A stretch of DNA of 64,000 nucleotides, from the NCBI GenBank assembly GCA_964016885.1, contig OZ024765.1:7750001-7814000 (forward strand). The letters are read 5' to 3'. The position numbers and the translations under genes were made by a program. Shown in pieces: positions 53,781-64,000 of the stretch; within the stretch, counting starts at the first letter, position 1, and each line of letters starts with the position of its first letter. Source of the stretch: Eledone cirrhosa. Taxonomy: Eukaryota. The notes under the pieces were generated by a model. That model saw nothing but the letters and a program-made list of their open reading frames with translations, made no database searches and was not told the origin of the DNA.

Positions 53781-55400
53781 CATTCAGTATATTGTATTAT
53801 ACCGTTGAAAATGTTAATTGTCCTTCTTCTGAAATAAATCAGTTTGTCTCCAAATGATTCGTATCGTTGTTTCCTCCATTCGACGTATCCCGTCACAAAC
53901 TCTGACGTTTCTACAGCATTTCCAAACGTTAATACAACATTAGCTCTAATGAAATAGATGGGACTTTTTAAATACTGACATTTTCATTTCGCTTCTTTCT
54001 AATAGATATAAAAGTGTATGTGATAGGAGAGAAAAACTACGATCTTCTATCGACGTTGTAGGAGGCTGTCAGTGTTTAGCAGGAGTGGTAACTACACGGC
54101 AACGGTGAACATCACGTGTTTAGTGTTAAGTCACAAGAGACTGCTATTTATATACCGCGTTAACTGAGAATACGTACCAAACCAGGATGCACTCCTCTGT
54201 CCCCTTCAACATTCTCAAAGCTTCATTCCTCCCAATGTTATTGCTACTAGAAACGGTCGACCTTGTCTTTCCTCACTCTGCGGTTTTATTAAAGTAAATC
54301 TGGATTTTGTTTATCATCGCTCTAGAGTTGATTTGAACCTACATTAACACCGTTGACAATACTGCTCGTTCACCTCTAATCTGTCATACCTGTGTGTGTC
54401 TGTATGTTAACGATTCCAGCCTAGTGCGACGTACTTATTTGTCAAACCTGATCCCTATATAGATAAATACTATATGTAAGTGTACAATATTTGAACCTAT
54501 AATGATGTGCTTTACAGTAATGTCATGTAACATCAACTCGATGGAACTATGTATATGTTTCTTTATTAAAATAATTAAAGTCAACTCTATATTCCTTACT
54601 AAAGATTGAACTCCTGACACCACCTTACAATCTCAACTATGAAGTATTAAAACTTATATTTATTATTTCTAATCTTACCTCTTTGTATTCTCGATGTAAA
54701 TCCTGGCGAGATTAATTTTCAATTTTTATTTTTGGAGCAGATAAAACAATACCAGTCAAATAATGGGATCGATTGGCTTCACTTAAATTTCTGCACTTTT
54801 GCCTGAATATATATATATATATATGGTATTCCGTCAGTTACGACGGTGAGTGTTCCAGTTGACTCGATCAACAGAACAGCCTGTTCGTGAAAGTGATTAA
54901 ACATTCTACAGAAATGTTTACCCTTACCGTAGTTTTCAGGGAGATTCAGTTTGAAACAGAGTGAGAAATGGCCGACTCTGCTACTTACACGTTTATGCCA
55001 GCTTTGATTGAACGATGGGAAATGAAGTGTCTTGCTCAAGATAACACGATTATGAACCGAATACCATAACTTTTAAACTACGCGGCTTTACAGAGAGATT
55101 AACCAGAAATATATTTTGATAATGGAAAAGGCTTTTTTTTTTTTATTCAACAAGTCTTTAAATATTTTTGCAATGAAAAAAGGAAGAAAAAAAAATAAAT
55201 TTACGAAATGAGTATTATTCAGTAGTTTTATTTTTGTATATTTTTACTGCATTAACTGCGGCGTATGTGTTTTGTTTGTTTTTTCTTAGTATTGTCTGTT
55301 AATGGCGACTGCGGTGAAATTTGAAAAAAGTCACTCGAAGGTAAAGCCAATCATTGTCACAATTTAATGTCTGAACTTCAATATTTTCATGATGTAATTA
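53781..55400. repeat. Ancient diverged partial copy A of the array unit
   Basis: Same block order: atttatataccg (~54150), actagaaacggtcgac (~54250), SINE remnant (~54740), actgcattaactgc (~55250). It lacks the four-cassette block. Confidence 0.8.
54826..55085 (-). mobile_element. Second SINE family (CORE-like domain) inserted in copy A
   Basis: gttacgacggtgagtgttccagttgactcgatcaacagaacagcctg...aatgaagtgtcttgctcaag; the reverse motif ccttgagcaagacactt also occurs at ~4943. Confidence 0.7.
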
Positions 55401-55528
55401 AAATTTCATAACTTGAATTTATTGAACTCCGATTTGATTTCTCATAAATGTTTTAATAATGCATATTCTGCTTAGATATTGTCGATGTTGTACATTACGA
55501 TTTTGTTGACATTATCCGATGTCTTTAA

Positions 55529-55630
55529 GCCGAGGTTAACTTTGCCTTTCATCCTTACGGGGTCGATAAACTAAAATACCAGTAATGCACTGGGGTAATT
55601 GCTGGTCTTGTGCCAAAAGTAGAAACAATT
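55529..55630 (+). mobile_element. 5'-truncated SINE (short variant, as at 2430 and 9848)
   Basis: gccgaggttaactttgcctttcatccttacggggtcgataaa...gtagaaacaatt. Confidence 0.85.
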
Positions 55631-57321
55631 ATAAGCAGTATAATGGCGTGTTCCTCCTCTCATATTTACATTTTCTTCTGTAATACTGTATTGTCATTTA
55701 TATTTTCAAGTCCATCTTTTTAAATATTTCTTTCGTGGACATATCTTGAAGAATTCTTCTATGTATTGATAAACGTTTCAGAAAAAATATTTTCTAGTGT
55801 CTTCAGAGTATTTTTATACGCAGTAAAATGGTGATCCCTCCTCACGGTTATGTTTCCTTCTGGAATACTGTACTTTCAAGTGCTTTCATTATTTTAAATA
55901 TATATATATCTTCAGTTTGACTTATTTCCTCCATAATTGTATTTCCTACATAATTGTATTTCCTACAGAGTAGTGTACTAGTATTTATATTTTCAAGGCT
56001 TTACATTTATCTGGAATAATGTAATATTTCATGGCTTCCCTTTGGTTTCACTCCTCTAGTGTTGGGATTTCTTAATTATTCAGGTCTTTTATATTTTTTC
56101 TTGTCTGGATTCCTTCAATATCTTCTGTTCTTTCGGAAGTCGTGAGACAAGGCCCCCAAAACAATATTTTAAGTGGTATCTCTCATTTCATTTATCTAGA
56201 GTTTAAAGTTTACCCGACTTTACACAAGTTAAGAAAACATTTAATATTTCTGGTATTTTATTTTTTGTTCTTTAGTTTCCTTCAATAATTTCTGATTCCT
56301 TTCGGTGGTGTTTCACCTATTTATCTAGTTATAACACGTTTCTCTAAATAAAGGAAGGTTTTATTATATCTATCGTCCAACTTGCTGTGTTCGTCTTTAA
56401 CATTCTTATCCACTTTAAAATTAAAGATTTACACATTTCCGTTTTTTGTTAGGTGGAGTGAATAATAGGGGCATTGTAACCTCAAAATATCGATGTGGAA
56501 ACCTGCTTGTATCTTAAACACTCAACATACCAATATGATAAATATATGTATGTTTACAAAAGCCATGTATAAGTATACCTGCACATTAACTCTTATCCAA
56601 ACATTTGTTTTTCAAAATATGGTGAGACATATTCCGATAAATACTGCTACTTGTCTTTGTAAGTGTTTCTTTTCAATGAATTTTTCATTTCAGTTTTCAG
56701 CAGACAGTACTGGCGTTGAAGATGCAATAAATTGTCCTTATTATAATCACCAGCTTGTCTCAAATTCGTCTGTTTTGTTACTTCGTCCATTCCACGTTTA
56801 GTGTTACAAACTCTGACGTTTCTACACCAATTTTCTATCGTTAATTCTTGATTGTATTTTAATGTAATAAAATATTTCTTTTCAAATATTTACTTTCTCA
56901 CGTTAATTCTTTCTCTTGTATATTGTTATCTAATGAATAAAAATATATATGATTTGCGAGAGAGGAAAAATGACACGACCTTCCTTCATCGCTGCCGGAG
57001 TCCAACTGGCAATGAACTGACTATGAGAGGCAAGTACTCGACAACTGTGAACATCGTGTTTGGTGTTAAGGAACACACTACCATTTATATACTGTGGTAA
57101 ATGGAAAGCCGAGTCAAACCTTATCAACATTCTCAGAGACCTTTTTCTCCCTTATGAAGCATTGAAATAAAAAATTGCAGGGGATTATTTTTAACAGGAG
57201 ACTGTTATGCCGTGGTTGTTGTTATATGTAGTTAGGGTTTCAATCTTTAGCTGGGATTGTAAAATTACTTTTATTAACTAAAAACAACATAAAAAAAATA
57301 TATAGCGTCCTTGTACGTTCA

Positions 57322-57560
57322 AACTGAAGAGGCATTATTGCCAACACATCACTGTAAGATCAAATCTAACACACACTCACATATATATATAGATTGAGGG
57401 ATGACAGAACTGAAGAGGCATTATTGCCAACACATCACTGTAAGATCAAATCTAACACACACTCACATATATATATAGATTGAGGGATGACAGAACTGAA
57501 GAGGCATTATTGCCAATACATCACTGTAGGATCAAATCTAACACACACACACACATGTAT
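57322..57560. repeat. 86-bp local triplication
   Basis: aactgaagaggcattattgccaa restarts at 57322, 57408 and 57494. Confidence 0.9.
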
Positions 57561-57796
57561 ATATTTAGTAATCAGGTATGACCAATGAGGGTCGTTAATG
57601 GAGATCATCTGGTTGTGGGATCAAATCAACCCTGGCTAAATGAGATATCAAATCAAGATTTATTTTATCAAAGTATAACAATCAACGTCAACCCTTTATA
57701 GTATTAATTCGACTAAGAAAGGCATGAACACCACCACGTCAATTAAGCTTGGAAATAGAAAGTAGGTTTATAAATATTAATTTTCACCTAGTTTTT

Positions 57797-57894
57797 GTAT
57801 CCTTCTCGGTGGCCTATTGGTAAGTGTGAGAGATGACGAAGATCTTGGTCTCGAGTTCAATCTTGCCCAGGCACTACAAAATATTTTTTTTTTT
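57797..57894 (+). ncRNA. Candidate Pol III cassette, ancient copy, left member
   Basis: TATAAAT 57769; A box TGGCCTATTGG 57810-57820; B box GTTCAATC from 57855; T11 at 57884-57894. Confidence 0.5.
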
Positions 57895-57912
57895 CATTTC
57901 TTAAGAAAAATG

Positions 57913-58001
57913 AAAAAATAGCGGATTCTGGTCGAGATTGAACACCTGACTAGGATCACCACCGTCTCTAACACTTACCATTAAGCCACCGAGACAACTA
58001 C
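57913..58001 (-). ncRNA. Candidate Pol III cassette, ancient copy, right member
   Basis: TATAAAT 58029-58023; A box TGGCTTAATGG 57988-57978; B box GTTCAATC 57943-57936; T6 at 57918-57913. Confidence 0.5.
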
Positions 58002-59433
58002 GCAAACAGATTGAAAATTAATATTTATAAACCTACTTTCTATTGCGAAGCTTAATTGATGTAGTGGCGTTCATGGCTTTCTCAATATTATTAATACCAC
58101 AAAAAGGGGTCGACATTAATTTTTATCCGTCTGGGACTTTCACGAAATATATTTTGATTTGGTTTCTCATTTCTCTAGGGTTTATTTGATCTTATATCCA
58201 GATGATCTGCAGTGTCGTTATTCAATGGTCATACATTTTTCTTCGGGTGAGGGTTGTGGAGACAGAGCCCTCAAACACTCCTTCCAACGGGTCCTGTGTG
58301 TGTGTGTGTGTTAGATTTGATCCTAGGTGGCGTTCAAGACTTTCACAGTATTATTGGTACTAGAAAGGGCCGACCTTGTCTTTCATCCCTCTGGGGCTTC
58401 TATAAAGTAAATCTTGATTTTGTTTATTATCGCTCTAGGGTTGATTTGAACTTCCATTGACTCCGTCTGTAGTAGTACTCAATAATTTCAAATCTTTCAT
58501 ACCTCATTCCCATGTGTGTTTGTCTGTGTGTGATAGATTCCAACCAAGTGTGATGTGTCGGTAAATTGTCAAACCTGATTCCTACATAGATAGATATGTG
58601 TACATATGTAAGATTTGAAACTACAATGATATGAGTTGAAGTAATGGCGCTATGTATATGTAGTGTTTCCTCCATTAAAAAATAATTAAAAGCAATTCTA
58701 TATCATCCCAGTGAAAGATTGAACTCCTGACAAAACCTTACGCTACATAACACCAAAACTACATCACATACTTAACCACTAAGCCACCGACATACATAGA
58801 GATTTGTATATCAAAATAAAGTATTGAAACGTCAATTTTTATTATTTATTTTTTATTTTTAAATAACATTAGACCACATTTGTGTTTTCAGAGCAGATAC
58901 TACGGACATTAATTTTGAATTTTATGTTTTGAGAGCATATAAAATAAAGTACCAGTTACATACTGGTGTCAATTTAATACAGAGTCTTGTCTCCGGTAAT
59001 TCCTGGATATGTGCTTATATGTTCGTGAATAAATATAAGTACAAATTTATAAATACATGCCTGTATGTATTTATAAATACGTACGTGCGTGCGTGAACGG
59101 TAAACAGAAATAACAACACAATCGGTACAGTATATGGATGGGATATATTAGATTAACGCTTGATATAGCAGGAAGAGAGTCTTAACGTTTCGGGCGCTTG
59201 TCTTTCCTCAGAAGGAAGAAGGAGAAATAAAATAGATTGCGGGGACGGGCGGGTTGAAATTGGAAAAAATGACTTTAGATAAAAATAACAGGTCCATTCA
59301 TGTTGACATCTCTTGCAAAACTGTTGGTGCTAGCGTTAATACAAGTAAAGCATGTATATATATATATATATATACATGTATATATATAAATCATGTACAT
59401 GTATATATGTCTATCTCTATATATATATATAAA

Positions 59434-59493
59434 TCATCATCATCATCATCATTTTACGTCCGCTTTTCCCTGCTTGCAAGGGTGGGACGGGTC
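59434..59493 (-). mobile_element. Isolated RTE 3' tail
   Basis: (CAT)n-ttttacgtccgcttttccctgcttgcaagggtgggacgggtc is nearly identical to 6050-6122. Confidence 0.8.
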
Positions 59494-59644
59494 TTATATA
59501 TATATATATAATTATGTAATAAACAATACAATGCAAATATTCCATTTACCAAAGGTTTCCCGAAGACAGGCGACCTCAACAGAGTCGTTCGAAATCGTTC
59601 ACCAAAAAGGAGAATTTAATATGGATGTATCTTTTCTACAGAAA

Positions 59645-60411
59645 TATATATATATATAATAAGTACATATATATATATATCTATATAAGTATATATATAT
59701 ATATCTATATAAGTATATATATATATATCTATATATATATATATATATATCTATATATATATATATATATATCTATATATATATATCTATATATATATAT
59801 ATATATATCTATATATATATATATATATATCTATATATATATATATATATATCTATATATATATATCTATATATATATATATATATATATATCTATAGAT
59901 ATATATATATATCTATATATATATATCTATATATATATATATCTATATATATATATCTATATATATATAATAAGTACATATATATATATAAGTATATATA
60001 TATATATATATATAAGTATATATATATATATAAGTATATATATATATATATATATAAGTATATATATATATATATATATATATAAGTATATATATATATA
60101 TATATATATAAGTATATATATATATATATATAAGTATATATATATATATATATATAAGTATATATATATATATATAATAAGTACATATATATATATATAT
60201 AATAAGTATATATATATATATATAATAAGTACATATATATATATATAATAAGTATATATATATATATAAGTATATATATATATATATATAAGTATATATA
60301 TATATATATATAAGTATATATATATATATATAAATATATATATATATAAATATAATAAGTACATATATATATATATATATAAGTACATATATATATATAT
60401 ATATATAATAA

Positions 60412-60492
<81 letters not shown>

Positions 60493-61205
60493 TATATATA
60501 TATTATATATATATATATATATAAGTATATATATATTATATATATATATATAAGTACATATATATATATATTATATATATATATATATAAGTACATATAT
60601 ATATTATATATATATTTATATAATTAGTACACATACATATATATATATAATAAGTACATATATATATATATTATACATATATATATTATATATATATATA
60701 TATATATAATAAGTACATATATATATATTATATATATAATAAGTACATATATATATATAATAATAAATATATATATATATATATATATGTACATATATAT
60801 ATATAAGTACATATATATATATATGTACATATATATATATGTACATATATATATAAGTACATATATATATATGTACATATATATATAAGTACATATATAT
60901 ATAAGTACATATATATATATATATATGTACATATATATATATATGTACATATATATATATATATATATATATGTACATGTATATATATATATGTATATAT
61001 ATATATGTACATATATATATATATATGTACATATATATATATATATGTACATATATATATATATGTACATATATATATATATATGTAAATATATATATAT
61101 ATATATATAAATATATATATGTACATATATATATATTTATGTAAATATATATACATTTATGTAAATATATATACATTTATGTAAATATATATATATTTAT
61201 GTAAA

Positions 61206-61238
<33 letters not shown>

Positions 61239-61890
61239 GTACATATATATATATATATATGTACATATATATATATATATATGTACATATGTACATATAT
61301 ATATATATGTACATATATATATATATATATATATGTACATATATATATATATGTACGTATATATATATATATTTATATATATACATATATATATATATAC
61401 ATATATATATACATATATATATATATATTTATATATATTCATATATATATATATACATATATATATATACATATATATGTACATATATATATATTTATAT
61501 ATATATATATATATACACATATATATATATACATATATATGTACATATATATATATATATATGTAAATATATATATATGTAAATATATATATATATATGT
61601 AAATATATATATATATAAATATATATATATATAAATATATATATATATCTTAAATGTAAGTATGTATGTATACGTACATACATATATGTATACAGACGTA
61701 CAGTAGCATTGTTTTCATTTTTTTTCAACTTATATATATATCAATATATATATAAATATATATATATATAAATATATATATGTAAATATATATATATATA
61801 TATGTAAATATATATATGTACATATATATATATATATATATACATACATATATATATACATATATATATATACATACATATATATATACA
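59645..61890. repeat. ~2.2-kb interrupted (TA)n microsatellite
   Basis: Direct reading; source of all YI-repeat ORFs in this region. Confidence 0.97.
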
Positions 61891-61892
61891 TA

Positions 61893-62784
61893 CTCTCATG
61901 GAATGACCAAATGAGGTTTATTTTTCAACATGCAAGATTTCACAGCCCTAGCATCACTCCTTCATAGTGAGCCTATGAACTTTTAAGCCTACCTTCGTAT
62001 ATGTAAACAATGTATTTCTTCAATATACAAATAATTACTATTGCTACAGTTAAAAAAATGTACAAAAAATACTTTAAATTCAGTTTTTAATTCATGCAAC
62101 AATTGTGTAAATAAACTGTTAAAGAAATTCGAAATAATTTTTAAACCATTTTCGCGATTAAGTAAAGACAGAGTTATCGTTCTTGAGATTTCGGCTCAGA
62201 GAAATTCGAGGAACTGATGTCGCTAAATCGCCAAATCATTTACCTGCCCCGTTGCATCATGGGAGGGTAATGGCTGCCTTTTATTTTTTAAACGATGGCA
62301 GATTCTATAGTTTCTTTCGCAGCATCTTCCTTGTTTCATATAAGTAAATAATTAAAACATTTTGGCGAGAAATAAACTAAAAAGTTTTCCGTGGTATGAA
62401 AAGAAAAAAAGGCAGCCATTACCCTCCCATGGTGCAACGGGGCAGGTAAATGATTTGGCGATTTAGCGACATCAGTTCCTCGAATTTCTCTGAGCCGAAA
62501 TCTCAAGAACGATAACTCTGTCTTTACTTAATCGCGAAAATGGTTTAAAAATTATTTCGAATTTCTTTAACAGTTTATTTACACTATTGTTGCATGAATT
62601 AAAAACTGAATTTAAAGTATTTTTTAACTGTAACAATAGTAATTATTTGTATATTAAATAAATACATTGTTTACATATACGAAGGTAGGCTTAAAAGTTC
62701 ATAGGCTCGCTAGGAAGGAGTGATGCTAGGGCTGTGAAATCTTGCATGTTGAAAAATAAACCTCATTTGGTCATTCCATGAGAG
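61893..62784. mobile_element. 892-bp palindromic non-autonomous DNA transposon, ~390-bp inverted arms, TA-flanked (Tc1/mariner-like by target site)
   Basis: ta|ctctcatggaatgaccaaatgagg ... cctcatttggtcattccatgagag|ta; the arms match with few mismatches and one short indel; spacer ~62285-62400. Confidence 0.9.
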
Positions 62785-63493
62785 TATCTTGGTCAGCCTA
62801 CCCTCGTATATTATATATATCATTGAATTTAGGGATATTTAGTCGCCATTTCTAGTATTTTTAACCGCTGAAGAGGGTTTTAATTAGTTTAGTGAGATAT
62901 TCTAGGTTAAACTGTTGAATATGGCCATATTTGAGGGTTGTTTGACCACTAAAACTATCATTATTAATAATATTTCAGTGGCTGCCATTTCTAGCATTCA
63001 GTAGACTCTTCGTTTTACTGTCTTTCATCTAAGGGAAACAACTCATTCAACTTACTATTTTGTAAAATCTTTACCTTTCACTTTACTAAGTTGCTTTCTT
63101 GATAACTTTCACAATTATACAGATTACTAATTGAGATTTTGTAGGGATACTTTAAGGTCAAAGGTAGAAAGGGTCGCAGAAGTTGATTTTTCTGAAATCA
63201 GTGTTAGTCGTTTAGTTTACATATTGAGACCCACATATATATATATATTATATACATACACACGCAACAAATACCAACTAAACGGAGCATTGGCAAATGA
63301 ATCTTCGAGGTAAGCTGTTAGTTCACGCGGGATTCTCTGCTACACCTTTTCGTAATACCGAACAACGTACTGCTGGTCACTCCTTCCTCCAAAAGACGTA
63401 CAAGTTTCCTGTCGGTATATTTACCTGAGTTTTTAACAGGCACTCACAAATAAACGTTTCTCATTGGAGGTGCTGTTACCAATGTTCTTCTTA

Positions 63494-63521
63494 CTCGTGC
63501 AACGCCGGGATACACTGCTAG
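63494..63521 (+). mobile_element. Helitron-like 3' terminus
   Basis: ctcgtgcaacgccggga (GC-rich imperfect hairpin) then tacactgCTAG|t, the usual hairpin + CTAG + T arrangement. The 5' end was not located. Confidence 0.55.
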
Positions 63522-63576
63522 TATATAATAAAAGAAGATATATGTATTTATACACAAGATATATGTATGTAAAGAT

Positions 63577-64000
63577 GTGTATGACGAGAAAGAAGCCGTT
63601 TTAGAATTGTATGACATAGATGATAACTGGAATTTCTTATGTGACAACTTACTGCAGGCTGCTGAAGTCACTTGTGGCTGGAGCAGAGCTCCGACCAGAC
63701 AGAGAGTGACCTGGTGGTGGGACAACACGGTAGATAAGGCCATTAGAGACAAAAGACTAGCATGGAACACTTGGATAAATGGTGGGAGTAGAGACCGATG
63801 CACAGCCGCTAAGAAAGAAGCTAGACGTCAGGTGTACTTAGCACGCAGGGAGGCTGAGAATAGAAGGGTTGCCAATGTTCTGTGACGGGAAGATCAAAGA
63901 CGTGCAGTGTTCCGCATTGCAAGGCAGTGTGTCAGTGTAAATCGGGATGTTGTTGGAGATAAATATGTCCGGAATGATGCTGGTGTACTCAGTGTCAATA
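63577..64000 (+). mobile_element. RTE-clade LINE ORF fragment (endonuclease-RT linker), disrupted, runs off the right edge
   Basis: ..NWNFLCDNLLQAAEVTCGWS..RVTWWWDNTVDKAIRDKRLAWNTW..AKKEARRQV..; in-frame TGA at 63883-63885, after which homology continues (VFRIARQ..RDVVG.KYVRND.G.L). Confidence 0.9.

Larger units (their letters stand above)
55640..59020. repeat. Ancient diverged copy B of the array unit
   Basis: CR1 remnant (~56050-56420), TATA block (~57085), cassette pair (57797-58001), tagaaagggccgac block (~58360) and SINE remnant (~58950) occur in the same order as in the young unit. Confidence 0.85.

Noticed and set aside
53790-53990. Short open minus-strand frame in copy A (VLTFGNAVETSEFVTGYVEWRKQ...)
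   Set aside because: No in-frame start, not conserved in the young unit or copy B, and no recognisable homology.

Overview
AT-rich, repeat-dense animal genomic DNA. The SINE families, RTE tails and very long (TA)n tracts suggest an octopod cephalopod (inference). The first 11.6 kb holds one probable terminal coding exon (1080-1565, +) among microsatellites, SINEs, LINE fragments and small fold-back elements. After a 200-N gap, 11805-52165 is a head-to-tail array of nine near-identical ~4.46-4.51 kb units, followed by a deleted tenth unit and two much older, diverged copies (~53.8-59.0 kb). The unit has no credible protein gene; it is a patchwork of CR1, hAT and SINE remnants. It also carries four short cassettes, each built as TATA - A box - B box - oligo-T. 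The spacings (TATA to A box 41-42 nt; A to B box 34 nt, except a 23-nt deletion allele of cassette 1) recur in the ancient copy, yet the cassettes do not fold as tRNAs and have no SINE body. These are candidate Pol III small-RNA genes of about 80-100 nt, arranged as inverted pairs, at least 36 in the array. The window ends with a 2.2-kb TA tract, an 892-bp palindromic DNA element, a Helitron-like 3' end and an RTE LINE fragment. All calls were made by eye; no searches or folding programs were run.
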